Positions 24,201 to 34,942 of a stretch of 64,000 bases of DNA are shown here, piece by piece. The number at the start of each line of letters is the position of its first letter. The stretch's first letter is position 1. Position numbers and translations under genes: made by a program. The DNA is taken from the NCBI RefSeq assembly GCF_001447785.1, contig NW_015173675.1:890643-954642 (forward strand), read 5' to 3'. The stretch comes from Gekko japonicus. Lineage: Eukaryota. The notes under the pieces are model-generated. The model was not told where the DNA came from, did not search any database, and was given only the letters and a program-made list of their open reading frames with translations.

Positions 24201-27200
24201 TGAAGCTATGCAATCTTAGAACATTTGGGCGAAGAGCTAATGTAGTGTAGTGTCATAGTACAGTTGGAGAGGTCTGGGCTCAAGTTTCCGCTCAGATCAT
24301 GGAGAGCTAGTGTGGCATAGTGGATAGAGTGTTGGACTAGGATCCTTGGAGACCTGGGTTTGAATCCCAACTTCTACCATGGAAGCTCACTGGTTGACTT
24401 TTGGCCCATTACATACTCTGAGCCTGACCTACCTCACTGGGCTGTTGTGAGAGAATGTTAGGAGGGGAGAATGATTTTCTAAGCCACTTTGAGTCTCAGC
24501 TGGGGAGAAAAGGGGGATATAAATTTTAAAAATGCAAGAACGAAATGCGAATGCACTGAACATCATTGGGTGACCATGGGCCAGTCTTAGTGTTGGGTTT
24601 ATTGTGAGAAGGACATGGGGGGGGGGGCTGTAAGCCACTTTGAGCTCCTTAGGAAAAGGTAGGATTAAATTGTGCTAAGAGTGTAAAATATCAGGGCAGT
24701 CTCCAGAAAAGCAGCTGAGAAGCAGTCTAAATGAAAAATTGTGGTATTAGACTTGAGCTGACAGATTTTCCGGAGTCTTTTCTTAATTGTGCTTTATTTT
24801 GCTATTGCAGACTCAAATCCGATGCAAAGACCTCTAGATATGAAGCTTGAGACAGAAATGCCTGAAGTAAATGTTAAGAGGTGTCAGGTACTTCCCAAAC
24901 TTTTCTGTTCTGCAAGAATGATAACTCAGGAAGCAGCTCTGATTGTCTCCTTTCTAACCTCTAGAACAACAGGGAAGATGCCTCTGATCCAGCAGTATCA
25001 CCGCCTTCAAGTCAGGGAGATGCACAATCCCCATCAGTTGAACAAGTAAGAAATACATGCCAAAATTGTTGCGGTCCTTTTTTTTGTGGATTCTGTTTAG
25101 CTTCTGAAATGTGACAAGATCAGGCTAGCCTGGGCCATCCCATGTCGATTTGCCTAGAGTGCCAAAAACCCTTGGGCTAGCCCTCATTGACGTGGACTTA
25201 ATAGTTAAAAGCTCGTTGGAAGGATCTTTGCATGAGCCCGCCGAATTAGAATCGACACAACCTGAGCCGGATAAGCTCTTCATCAGAATGGATATCATGA
25301 TTTAAAGACTGACATTCCTATATCAGGAAGAGAGTGTCAGAGAATCCTGCTTCTAAGTGAACATTTAATTTTGAAAATACTGAATGTCACGGGGTATAAT
25401 CTTTCTTTGCTGTTTTGCAGACGTTGCCAGAACTCTCATCAGGTGTCAGCCACACTCCATCTCCGGTTTTTCCTGAGATGCATTTGCCTCCTGCAGTGCC
25501 TTCTGTACCAGCCATTGTGCCAGCTTGGCCAAGTGTGCCACCAACCTATGGGCCAACAGGTTGGAGAACAAATACCATCCCAATAGGAAAATGAGGAGTA
25601 ATAATCTTGCATCATGTTTAGAATTGCTTCCAGAGATCTGGGTTTAAAAGTAACTGATAGTACAGTGCAAAGTATACTTTGGACCAGCTGTTGCAGACCA
25701 GGTTGAAGCTGGGGGGGCTTCATAGGAAGTGCATTTGCTATTGTGGTTTCCTCAAAGTTTGGTCTGATAGACATCGAGGGAACCAGATGCCATCTGGTTT
25801 TGTCATCAGTTTTTGCCCTGTTACTTCCTATAGCTTGTGCTCATATTCTCAGCTCCCAGACTCAGCTACTGGAACCCAGCCAACCATTCAGAACCTTTTC
25901 TGGCTGGCACTTTGGGATTAAATGGGAACCAGACAACTTTAAGAGGTGGCTGTATGAGCTCTTGCCCTGAAAGGGGGAAGACAGTTCTGACCCCTTCCCC
26001 TAAGACAGACAGTCTCTGCTCCCATTTTTAGAAAACCAAGAGTGCTTAATTTTTGTATAAGCCAGAGCATTAGAAGGGCTCACCCTTTGTCCTTGCAAAG
26101 GTATTGGTGGCACCTCCCCTCACGGCTTCTGGACTCCCATTTGAGAAACTCTGTATTATACATCACATGTTCAAAGTAGGTGTTCCAGTCTCCAGACTGA
26201 GCCTTGAGTCGGGCATAGTGACACTGCAAAAGTCAGGACAGGCAGTAGCTGCTAGTGTGGCCCAAAGGAGAGTAAATACAACCCCCCCCTCCTGTCTCTG
26301 AACACCCCAAGAGGACACAGATTCAATTAATTTCAGTTGCTCAGTTCTGTGAACTTCATGGTTGTGGTGTTCTTCCTTTTCCTCTTTCCCCTCCTCTCTC
26401 TCCAGACTCTTATCTGCCTCTTTTTCATTTCTGTGATTGTTTTTGAGGGTCTCCCAAGAGATGGAAGAGTTGGAAATAAAGTAGATTAGGGATGGTGGTG
26501 GTCAATCAGCAAAATATTTCCATGGCTGCCAAACCAACTCAAGTGTTGATGCCACAGTTCTTAGAATGTTTGCACTTTCATTGTTCTTGGATTCTCAAGA
26601 TGCTGCTCTTTCTTCAGGTTTTCCCTCATCTTGCAGGTTTATTTTGAGGTCTCTTTACTCATTTGATCCTAGGTCATTTTGTGGGTGTCTGATCCTCAGT
26701 AGTGCTCAGCATTTAGTCAGATGTGGCATTTTATGCTTATTTTATATCACCCTTCCTCCATGGTGAGAGCCAGGGTTAAGAGTGTTGGACTAGTATCTGA
26801 AAGATCCAGGTTTAAATCCCCACTCATGCCATGGAAGCTCACCTTGGGCCAGTCACACACTCAACCTGACCTACCTCACAGGGTTGTTGTGAGGATAAAA
26901 TGGAGGAGAGGAGAAGATGTAAAGCTGCTTTGTGTCCTCACTGAGGAGAAGCTTCTTTGGAAGGTTGGAAATGGCCAGTGGAGTGAATGTGCCCTTGTGG
27001 CCTGACCTCATGGGCCTTTATGAGGTGATCCTGATACATAAAGGTTGAGGACCCTAGAAGGTGGTTCACAGCAGCCTTGGTGGGTGGTCCTCCTCACTGT
27101 AAGAAGAAAGTGTGGGGCATTGCACTCGGAGAAGCTCTTGGGGAATTACTTGGGCTAGGGTCACTTGTGGCTAGTTAGACCAAATGTTTGGGCCCTGAGG

Positions 27201-30200
27201 AAGTGTGTGGCATTGGTCACAAGTTTGGGAACCGCAGCTTCCACAATTAGAGCAGGGATCTCCGTTTGAGCTTGTGAGCCACTGATAGCTTATGCATTTC
27301 TTTCAAAACCCAGGGGGGAAAAATCTGTTTGAACCTTTTTTTAAAAAAAATGGGTTTTTCTCTGTGCTGTTTAGCTGTAGCTGAATTTCTGGTGTTCTTC
27401 CTATTCCATGTTCTGTTTTGAGGATTGATCAAAACTTGGAAATGTGTTCTGGGGGTGGCAGTGGGGGATTGTTCTCATTACTCTGAAATAACTCATTAAA
27501 GAAAGGTTGGTGGTTTCTGTATTAGAGTAATCCCATAATTCATATCTTAAATAGTACTTTTAATCATAATGTTCCATTTTCTCCCTTTTCCCCTTTGATT
27601 GTATATCTTTAACATCCCCAGGTTTAGTGAATGTTGTTTACCCCTTTTTATCTTAGGTGTTCCACCCCAAATATCTGGGCCATCAGTAATGCCATCTTCA
27701 GCCACTGGTCTAGATTCCCCTCTCACCCAGACGACATCTAGTCCAGTTGCCAGCATTCCAGTACCGCTCCAAGCTGTTAGCCAGTCTCTAATGCCAATGT
27801 CTCAAACACTGAATCCATACCAGGATCCACTGTACCCCGGATTCCCCCTTAATGAAAAGGGGGAGCGAGTCATGACCCCTCCTTATTCCTTTTGCAGCAG
27901 AGGGGAGGATCTTCCAAATGGTAAGAGAAGTTTTACTTCATGGCTCAAGCGAAACATTATCTTTGTTGACATCTAAGCAGAGGGGGAGGGAAATGTATTA
28001 AATGGCTCTGAAAACCAGCAGTGAACATAACCTGTTGTAGAGTGCTTATAAATGTGATCCTGTTGCAGACCTTCTGTGGCTTTGTTCAGACATCATGAAG
28101 CTGTGTTCATGAATGCTGCTTGTTGCCATACTTGTGTGCTTCCTTTGTGTGCAGGGTACAATTTAACATGTTTTGCCTTTGGAAATGTTCAAGCAGTTTG
28201 CCTTGACATCTGAACATGGGTGCCTTTTAGAGTAGAGTTTAGAATCCATTTACTGGAGAGGAGAAATTTGCCTAGGTGGCTGTATTTGGGTATTGTGGCA
28301 AATTGGAAACCAGGGAGAGCTTACTTGCATTGTGTCTGTGCTAAGGGGGTGAGGTGGGGGGAAAGTTACCTTGGGAACAAGCCAAGTTTGGGCCCACTGT
28401 ACACAAACAGGTTTATTTGTAATTTCTGAATGAAGCCTGTACTTCATTCAATAATCTAATTTCTCTTTTTTATGCCAGAATAAATCCTTATGTCCATATG
28501 AAGACTAGTAGCACAGCCACCTGTGTCTGTTTATTCAGAAGTAAAATCGATTGTGTTCAGTCATCTTTACTCCCTAAAGAATGTGTTTAGAATGACACCT
28601 TTGTTCATCTTCAATAGACTTTCTCTTAACTGGGAAAACTCATGGGAGTCTGAGGGGCTCTCATCCAATTGCATACATGGTCTAAAGCACAGGAGGTGCT
28701 AGTCTTGCTTGAAGTAAAGCATGTCTAGATCTGGCCAGTGCCTAGATGGGAGACCACCTGGTGTGTGTCCGTGCATTTGCTCCCTTGAGTTCTATGGAAG
28801 GAAGACAGGATGAACGTTACACAACTAATATCTGATTATTTGCTTACTCTCTATATGTACCTAGTAAGAGATATAAACTGATGAAAGTTGCTTTTAACTA
28901 AATGAACTTGGCTTTTCAGTGTATTTGCACATTGGTGAAAAATGCACCTTTTTGAATTAATGTGCAGTCTTTCAGTATAATAGCTTGGATCCAGGATAAT
29001 ATTTTCACAGGTACAAGGACTCTCACGCTGGAAAGTTATTTTCCTGCGTCTCCCCCCCCTTCTGTTCTTGCCATCTGTAAAAATGTTAGTCTGGTTCCAA
29101 CCCAATGTACTTGTAACACCATCTTTTCTTCTAGTAAAAAATAGTAGCTTTTGTTTAAGAGAGAAAATTAGCGCAGTAACTAGCTGGAGCCAGTGCTTAA
29201 CATTAAACTTCTCCTCTCGTGTTCCTACTAGTGGATGGGTAAGCTGTTTATGCACGGCCAATAGCGTCATATTTTGATATAGGTGCTGGAATGAAAAAAC
29301 ATTCTGTGTAAATAGCTGACACAGGTTGCTGCTGACTCTAGTTCCTTGTCCTCTGCCTCACCGTGCTCTCATCTGTTCACACACTACTTTTTCCCTGATC
29401 TGCGTCCATCCTAAAAAGTGTGTGTAAGCAACAATATAGCCAGTACAGTATGTCTTCTCTATAGTAGATTCAGCTCTTTAAGTGAAATGTGTTTAAAACC
29501 TGAAATGGTGAAATTGTGGTAGCGAACACTGGGATTTGAAAACGTTTTCTTTCTTTGTTTTTTTAGATAAAAATGTTCTCAGATTTTTCTTCAATCTTGG
29601 TGTGAAGGTAACATCTATATTTTCTACTTGCTGTAGGACAACAGATTACACGATTTAATGTTTATAAATATTAATTTTAGAGAAGTTGACACTGTCCTGT
29701 CTTGAAATTGGCACATATCAAGTATGTTTGGCCTGTGTGTTGAAAGTGCTTGAACAGTTCAAGAAATATTACTAAATAGCAGTTGCATGCACTGAGACCT
29801 GGATAGCCCAGGCTAGCCCAATCTTGTCAGATCTCAGAAGCTAAGAAGGGTCAGCCCTCATTAGTATTTGGATGGGTGACCACCAAGGAAGACCAGGCAT
29901 TGCCACGCAGAAGCAGGCCATGGCAAACCAACTCTTAAACGTGTCTTGTTCTTGAAAACCCTGCAGAGTCGCCATAAGTCAGCAGCAGCTTGATGGCAAA
30001 ACCCCCCCTCCAATATGGCATAATAGTTGGAAAGGCAGTTAGCTTGGATTTCAGGTTATGTTTAGAAATAATTCGGTGTGTTTTATTAGAAGATCGATAA
30101 TGTTGTATACTGTGTACCTCCAACAGCCTACCCTGTAGATGGGTGTATTGTCTTCTGAGGTAGCACCGTAGGCCTTGTATGGGCAGCCCTTTCCCTGTGG

Positions 30201-32236
30201 ATCTGTATGAGTCTACCAAACACTTACTAGACCAGGAGTTTAGCCACTGTGTATGAGAATGGTGAATCCTCCCTTCAAAGAAACGCAGGCCAACTGGTGG
30301 GGACCATTTTGCCACACTTGAGCATGGCAGCACAATCCTGTTTATTTGTTTAATTTCATTTACACGCTGCCTTTTTTTTCTTCAGTGGGGACCCAAAGCA
30401 GCTTACATTGTTCTCTTCCATTTCATCCCAACCACCCTGTAAATAGGTTAGGCTGAGAACATGTGACTAGCCAATCCATGGCAGAGTGGGGATTTGAACA
30501 TGGCGTTTCCCAGATCCTGGTCTCCACTTGTTGGCTCTAATATGCAGTATTACTCCTGCCTAAGCCCGTGTCCCTTAGACTGTACAAGACTGCAGTGTTA
30601 ATTGTGTGCTGCTCAGTCATAATATAGTAGGGGGAAGGTGCTTTATAACAGCATACGCTGGCTAGAGGTTACTAATCAGTATTCTCCTATTAAAACATTC
30701 TGTATTAAAAACTTTTAAACTAGATCTTGGTTAAATGAAATTCATATTTAATTAGAAAGGAGGGGCTGTGGTTTTGTGGTAAACTACAGTTTGTCTGAAG
30801 AAGGTCTCTGGTTCAGTTTGTCTGAAGACGTTCCCTGACACCTCCAGTCTACAAAAAACAAAACCGGGATCTTAGTTAGCAGGAAAGGTCTCTGCTGGAG
30901 ATCCTGGAGGGGGTTAGGGTTAAGCCAGTCAGAGTGGACAGTACCAAGCCAGATGGACCAGTGCTCTGACTTGGTATAAGCCAGCTTCCTGTGTCTGTAT
31001 GAGTTAGATACTGTTCAAAGGGTAATAACAGTTCATTTGTGTTTGCAGGCATACAGCTGTCCCATGTGGGCCCCACACTCCTATTTGTATCCTCTGCATC
31101 AGGCTTGCTTGACAGCTTGTAGAATGTACCCAAAGTTGCCCGTTCCAGTGTATTCTCACAATCCTTGGCTGCCAGAAGTACCTTTGACTCAGAATGGAAA
31201 TGGAGCTTTACAAGCGGAAGGCCACTTTCCTATGCAGAATGAAGTCACAGTGAATGGCCAGAGCCCACATGCCGAAATCATGCCTCCATCTTTGCCCCTC
31301 TTCATACCTACTACTCAAGTGCCTGAAAACCAAGGACTGGTCTGTATAGAGTCTGAGAATCCAACACAAACACTTCACACTGAATATGACGAGTCGTTGG
31401 GACAGAAAAGCGTATTCCCACAACCTCCATTTGGGCAGAGTCCATTCATGGGACCTGTTTCAGTTGCACCTATTTTCCCTCACCTTTGGTATGGGTATCC
31501 CATTCAGGGCTATGTTGAAAATTCTGTGGCAAGACCAGTTGCTATGCCTCCTGAGGACACGCGAACTGCTGTGTACTTGCCTAAGGAGTGCAGTTCTCCT
31601 TCTCCAGCTCCAGCATGTGTTGAGTCGCTTCAGAAGTCCAAGGATGATAGCAGCATCCAGCACCTTCCCTTCCCTGTGACTACTGCAGAGGGTGAATGTG
31701 GTGGTCTCAGTGTAAACTCAACCGGGGTGCCTAAGGAGAAGCAGACTTGTACTGCTGCCCTGTCTGCTACAAAAACAAAGTCGGTACTGCAGAATCTTTC
31801 CACAGAGATGGAGAATAGCAAGAGACAAGCAACGTCGGCACCAGTGATGCCACTAACAAACGCTAATGAAAAGACAGACAAAGCTGGTGCAACTAGCAAC
31901 CTAACAACCAGCCCGGGGGAAAGTAAGGTACAAAGGCCAAGGGAAGAGAGTTCTGAAGACGAATGTGAAGTTTCTGATCTGCTGAGAAGTGGCCGGTCAA
32001 AGCAATTTTATAATCAAACGTACGGAGGAGGTAGAAGACCCAGAAGTGAATGGAGCTACCCTCCTGGGAGGGGGGGATACTATTACCCAAGAAATGAAGA
32101 AGGATGGAAGGGGCCATCTACCAGAAGCAGAGGTGAAGGCTATCGCTGTCACCGCAGTTCTAGAGGGAGGCCATATCGTAATGAGAGGAGAAGAGCAAAC
32201 ATGGGAGATGGTCATCGGGGGCAGCAGTTCCTTTAA
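5327..32236 (+). CDS. OTUD4: OTU domain-containing protein 4 (deubiquitinase), whole gene span, 21 coding exons, about 1112 aa
   Basis: join(5327..5494,6812..6895,8893..8943,10960..11006,12540..12612,13693..13774,16925..17063,18128..18185,18704..18818,18930..18994,20551..20651,21913..22037,22583..22754,23101..23248,23971..24112,24811..24866,24965..25045,25421..25559,27657..27920,29567..29607,31049..32236) = 3339 nt, all GT-AG, phases continuous. Cys-loop [13 protein letters not shown], His-loop FSHGSHYD, Tudor-like segment, [28 protein letters not shown] and RG-rich tail match OTUD4 as recalled; adjacent to ABCE1 as in other vertebrates. Confidence 0.96.
6587..6775. mobile_element. non-autonomous DNA transposon (TAGGG-terminal, hAT-like MITE)
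   Basis: starts tagggatgccagcctccagg, a recurring reptile MITE end. Confidence 0.5.
6812..6895 (+). CDS. OTUD4: OTUD4 exon 2 ([28 protein letters not shown])
   Basis: cccag acceptor, GCG|GTAAAT donor, homologous peptide. Confidence 0.93.
7115..7232 (+). mobile_element. CR1 LINE 3' end
   Basis: close match to 52182-52299; ends ggactggatgggcc...tgttcttatg. Confidence 0.75.
8113..8400. mobile_element. hAT-like DNA transposon fragment
   Basis: taggggtgtgcaa terminus with ttcgg/ccaaaaaatcc subterminal repeats. Confidence 0.4.
8893..8943 (+). CDS. OTUD4: OTUD4 exon 3 ([17 protein letters not shown])
   Basis: aaag acceptor, CAG|GTATGT donor. Confidence 0.93.
9946..10152. mobile_element. hAT-type MITE
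   Basis: TIRs cagtgttccctctaagctg / caggttagagggaactttg. Confidence 0.7.
10409..10597. mobile_element. hAT-type MITE
   Basis: TIRs caggggtggccaaact / agtttggccacccccg. Confidence 0.75.
10960..11006 (+). CDS. OTUD4: OTUD4 exon 4 ([15 protein letters not shown])
   Basis: polypyrimidine tract + gcag; AA|GTAAGA donor. Confidence 0.93.
12540..12612 (+). CDS. OTUD4: OTUD4 exon 5 ([24 protein letters not shown])
   Basis: ccag acceptor, AAG|GTATGG donor. Confidence 0.93.
13205..13393 (-). mobile_element. 5S rRNA-derived SINE
   Basis: reverse complement resembles the copy at 29795-30000. Confidence 0.65.
13693..13774 (+). CDS. OTUD4: OTUD4 exon 6 ([16 protein letters not shown]..., catalytic His)
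   Basis: ttctag acceptor, T|GTAAGT donor. Confidence 0.93.
14117..14348 (+). mobile_element. tRNA-derived SINE
   Basis: A box (tggtgtttagtgg), B box (gggttcgaatccc), core acctacctcacagggttgttgtg, AT-rich tail. Confidence 0.75.
15001..15125 (-). mobile_element. CR1 LINE 3' end
   Basis: reverse complement matches 63785-63900 (ATTCTATG tail). Confidence 0.75.
15530..15990 (-). mobile_element. L2 LINE 3' fragment, running into an assembly gap
   Basis: tail tttatttatt...gggcggcttaca; [13 protein letters not shown] motif on minus strand. Confidence 0.7.
15991..16020. other. assembly gap (30 N)
   Basis: run of n. Confidence 1.
16925..17063 (+). CDS. OTUD4: OTUD4 exon 7 ([11 protein letters not shown]...[10 protein letters not shown])
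   Basis: ctag acceptor, GA|GTAAGT donor; acidic SDSED segment retained. Confidence 0.9.
17268..17360. mobile_element. Penelope-like element terminal fragment (related pieces at about 19600-19770 and 39560-39680)
   Basis: shared motif gtggcacctttaagaccaac...gtgtgcatgcacacttc, inverted in the other two copies. Confidence 0.5.
17905..18034. repeat. Imperfect inverted repeat, 60-bp arms and 10-nt loop
   Basis: arms 17905-17964 and 17975-18034 are 50/60 reverse-complementary. Confidence 0.95.
18128..18185 (+). CDS. OTUD4: OTUD4 exon 8 ([19 protein letters not shown]); alternative end at 18173
   Basis: DVNG motif; CAGAAG tandem acceptor; in-frame donors after 18173 and 18185. Confidence 0.8.
18704..18818 (+). 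CDS. OTUD4: OTUD4 exon 9 (GPKNER...[19 protein letters not shown])
   Basis: acag acceptor, G|GTAAAG donor. Confidence 0.9.
18930..18994 (+). CDS. OTUD4: OTUD4 exon 10 ([21 protein letters not shown])
   Basis: gcag acceptor, AAA|GTAGGT donor. Confidence 0.92.
20214..20499 (+). mobile_element. tRNA-derived SINE with (TTC)n tail
   Basis: tggtgtagtggttaa A box, gggtttgattccc B box, acctacctcacaggg core. Confidence 0.75.
20551..20651 (+). CDS. OTUD4: OTUD4 exon 11 ([17 protein letters not shown]...VFVEELGA, Tudor-like)
   Basis: strong acceptor ttctccacag; AA|GTATGT donor. Confidence 0.92.
21913..22037 (+). CDS. OTUD4: OTUD4 exon 12 ([10 protein letters not shown]...[12 protein letters not shown])
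   Basis: tacag acceptor, G|GTAGGA donor. Confidence 0.9.
22085..22530 (-). mobile_element. CR1 LINE 3' fragment
   Basis: agaacaacataagaagagccctgctggatcag tail; degenerate ORF2 end (ARTS..GHQIQNK). Confidence 0.7.
22583..22754 (+). CDS. OTUD4: OTUD4 exon 13 ([17 protein letters not shown]...SRNPSQVA)
   Basis: [11 protein letters not shown] conserved; AG|GTGAAT donor; purine-rich, weak acceptor. Confidence 0.88.
23101..23248 (+). CDS. OTUD4: OTUD4 exon 14 (KVDHER...FGLSPEE...DEEAFPALS)
   Basis: tatag acceptor; TCT|GTACGT donor. Confidence 0.88.
23971..24112 (+). CDS. OTUD4: OTUD4 exon 15 ([10 protein letters not shown]...AKEEK)
   Basis: ttcag acceptor; G|GTATCA donor; phase fits. Confidence 0.82.
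24232..24665 (+). mobile_element. cluster of tRNA-derived SINEs (clearest copy 24301-24515)
   Basis: A/B boxes and acctacctcac core. Confidence 0.65.
24811..24866 (+). CDS. OTUD4: OTUD4 exon 16 ([18 protein letters not shown]); alternative end at 24887
   Basis: gcag acceptor; GAA|GTAAAT donor, second in-frame donor CAG|GTACTT. Confidence 0.75.
24965..25045 (+). CDS. OTUD4: OTUD4 exon 17 ([15 protein letters not shown]...SPSVEQ)
   Basis: ctaac branch + ctag acceptor; CAA|GTAAGA donor. Confidence 0.82.
25421..25559 (+). CDS. OTUD4: OTUD4 exon 18 (...[29 protein letters not shown])
   Basis: tttgcag acceptor; G|GTTGGA donor; PAVPS/PAWPS conserved. Confidence 0.9.
26766..26950 (+). mobile_element. 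tRNA-derived SINE
   Basis: same family as 14117-14348. Confidence 0.7.
27657..27920 (+). CDS. OTUD4: OTUD4 exon 19 (VPPQ...[15 protein letters not shown]...GEDLPN)
   Basis: ttag acceptor; G|GTAAGA donor. Confidence 0.92.
29567..29607 (+). CDS. OTUD4: OTUD4 exon 20 ([13 protein letters not shown])
   Basis: long T tract + ag; AAG|GTAACA donor. Confidence 0.93.
29795..30000 (+). mobile_element. 5S rRNA-derived SINE
   Basis: gatctcagaagctaagaagggtcagccctcattagtatttggatggg resembles the 5S internal control region, followed by a non-5S body. Confidence 0.75.
30345..30530 (-). mobile_element. tRNA-derived SINE
   Basis: reverse complement of the 14117 family. Confidence 0.6.
31049..32236 (+). CDS. 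OTUD4: OTUD4 exon 21, terminal coding part ([11 protein letters not shown]...[10 protein letters not shown])
   Basis: gcag acceptor; 399-aa ORF in track; EESSEDE and [14 protein letters not shown] motifs, RG-rich tail. Confidence 0.95.
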   Translation, partial: AYSCPMWAPHSYLYPLHQACLTACRMYPKLPVPVYSHNPWLPEVPLTQNGNGALQAEGHFPMQNEVTVNGQSPHAEIMPPSLPLFIPTTQVPENQGLVCIESENPTQTLHTEYDESLGQKSVFPQPPFGQSPFMGPVSVAPIFPHLWYGYPIQGYVENSVARPVAMPPEDTRTAVYLPKECSSPSPAPACVESLQKSKDDSSIQHLPFPVTTAEGECGGLSVNSTGVPKEKQTCTAALSATKTKSVLQNLSTEMENSKRQATSAPVMPLTNANEKTDKAGATSNLTTSPGESKVQRPREESSEDECEVSDLLRSGRSKQFYNQTYGGGRRPRSEWSYPPGRGGYYYPRNEEGWKGPSTRSRGEGYRCHRSSRGRPYRNERRRANMGDGHRGQQFL

Positions 32237-33396
32237 GAGTGACTTGGGATTCTTCCAACATGAATACTGAGCTAAAATATGCCCTAATACTCACATGCTT
32301 TCTGCTTGCTTTAAAGACCAGAATACCCTATTAATTTCAGAGTGAAGTGAGGCTGAAGGGGAAACAACCTTTTAGTGTTACTTTTTGTTTTAAACTGTTT
32401 GGTTTTGTTTAAATTCTTCACAGTTGTGGTTAAGAGAACCTGTGTTACATTTGGACTTTTTCCTCCCCCAAAGATTTGAGTTTGTGATGGAGTAAAGTAG
32501 TTTGTAATGAAACTTTCCTGCAATTGAGTATTTTGACACAATATAATGAACGTTGCACCAAATAGAATGTATATCCTAGCATACTGTATCTTGGGGCTAT
32601 GTTATGCTACAAGAATTCTCAGCCTGGACTGTTGTCTTTGTGCTTCCAATCCAAAGGCCTTTCATCTCGAAACTTGTGAAACTTGAATGTGTGGGGTGGT
32701 GTTTTTTGCTTCAATGAATTACCCTGTACAGTGGTCAACCATTCTTGTGTCTTAGATGTTTTATTCATAGGGATACTATTTTTTAATTTTATAAAGTGTT
32801 TCTTGAACTAGTAAAAGCAATCAAGAATACCTGTGTGGAGAACTGGCAAGAAATTCAGTTTAGTGGTGAATTCTTCCAGGCAGTCTTAACACTGGTATGA
32901 CCCTAATGGTGCCTATGCCAATTATGTATTATAAAACAAGGGTAGATGCTGTGCATTTCCAAAATAGTTTTGCCTCTGTTACAATACAGTTAAAGACACT
33001 TTTGCACTGACAAATCCCTAAACAGTTGCTACAGGAAAGATTCATGAAACAACTCCAGTTGCTTTTTTTCTAAAGCAGGGCTTATGTGATGAGTTAGTAT
33101 TTAGTCTCTTTCCTTTATGCACTGTAAAGGCTAGTTGTACTTTATAAAATTCCTTGCTATTTTTTTTAAAACAGTGGCAATCTTGTAGAATTGGAGGCCT
33201 CTTTCCTATCTTACAATGTCAATCAATCTGACTGCTGCCTTCTGTAAGTCTGAGTTGTGTATATTTGTATATATTGGTGTAAAAGGTGAAGGTTACTTTT
33301 TATTAATGTCCAAGAGATTCTATAGCCTTTTTGAGCAGGAGACTTGAATGATGCCATGTTTGTGAATTATCTTCAGCTGCATGCTGTGTACTTCTG

Positions 33397-33402
33397 ATTA
33401 AA
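33397..33402 (+). terminator. Candidate OTUD4 polyadenylation signal ATTAAA (alternatives AATAAA at 34059, 34287, 34562)
   Basis: ATTAAA with upstream TGTA and downstream GT/T-rich tract. Confidence 0.4.
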
Positions 33403-34648
33403 ACATGTTTGTTCTTTGACTTGTATTTCATTGTATGCATGACTTCTGTACTTATTAGAATATTTTAAATTAACAGGCACTAGAAATATATTTTTTATTG
33501 TAGAGCTGAATGGAAATTGCTAGGTACTGAAACCCTGTGCAGGCATAAGCCATGTCCCCCGTGGTTTTCAGGCTGTGAGTACCTTTGGAACTCTGAAGCA
33601 GGGGCATGTATATACACACGTGTGACAGTGACTCATGGGGGGAGAAGAGATTAAAATACACATGGAAGACAAGGAGGGGGGGCCTGCAACACCCTAGCCC
33701 CCACTGTCTCAGCTGATCCACTGGTCTTGTTTATGGGGTCCTGGATCCCTTTTCCAGTGAACGGTGGGAGGATTCAAATTAAATGTCCCTTTATTTGTGT
33801 AAAGGCAGCCAATCACTGGTTCTGCCTACTTTCCTGAAGTACAGGATGGAACCTGGGGAAGTGTCTGGGTGCTACATTACAGAACCCTGAACTAGTAAAA
33901 CTATTTCCAATAGAATTAGTAGGGTTCTCATTTATTAGCTTTCTTTTTCCACACTCTGCTTCCAAGTTTTATTCTGACCTAAATGCTTGCATAGTCTGTT
34001 TTTGCCTGAGCATGAATATATCTTCCACTGGAAGGAGGAGTACTCATTTTGAGAAAGAAATAAACATTTGCCTCTTTGGGACAGAAGACTCTCTTGCTCA
34101 GACAATGAGGGTATAGAATGGACTGTATGACACTGAACGGCAGGTGATGTTCCTTCACAAACTCCATACAAACAAAAAACTAGCCAGCAGAGAGGATTTC
34201 GTATAGGGAAGAGAAATGTAAACCTCAACAAGTGCCTACCCTACCACTCTACTTCATTCTGTACGTAACTCAGACCTAAATGTTTAAATAAAACTGACAG
34301 CAGGATGATTTCAAAGGTTATTTCCATAAATCAGAAACTAGTGAAGTGCCAGATTGTACATCATATTCCACTGGAAGCAGGTAGTATCTGAATTAACAAT
34401 ATTATGCTTGCGTTCTGACGCAGTTGACTGAAAGCTAGCTAAAAGTAAATTTGTATAAAGGAATTCAAGAGATAGCTTCACTTCTGTTCCATACAAATTG
34501 GTAGAAAGTATTTCAATGGAAGACAGAGTACAATTTGTGTTTTAAAAAGTCAGGCCAAGTCAATAAAATTCTTTTGAGTGCTGAAAAGATGTGACTCCGG
34601 CTATGCAGTTTTAAGAAACAATCTCATTCTCATCAGTGGCTCCTAAGC

Positions 34649-34942
34649 CAGTGATGGCGAACCTTTTAGAGACCGAGTGCCCAAACTGCGACCCAAAACC
34701 CACTTATTTATCACAAAGTGCCAACACGGTAATTTAACCTGAAAACTGCGGTTTTACTTTAGAAACTTTATTTCTACATTAACTTAAGAGTAAGGAAAGC
34801 AATCCCAAATGCTTTCATTTACTTAAAATTATTTGGCAGAGAATTTGACACTTTAATGATAGTCTGGGCCTGGCTGGGGCGATGGCACGTGTGCCCACAG
34901 AGAGGGCTCTCTGGCACCCGTGCCATAGGTTCGCCACCACTG
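34649..34942. mobile_element. hAT-type MITE between the convergent 3' ends
   Basis: TIR cagtgatggcgaacct 15/16; ctaagc on both flanks (partial TSD). Confidence 0.8.

Noticed and set aside
29795-29905. 5S rRNA gene
   Set aside because: Diverged, lacks true 5S ends, is fused to a SINE body and has other decayed copies nearby; it is a SINE.
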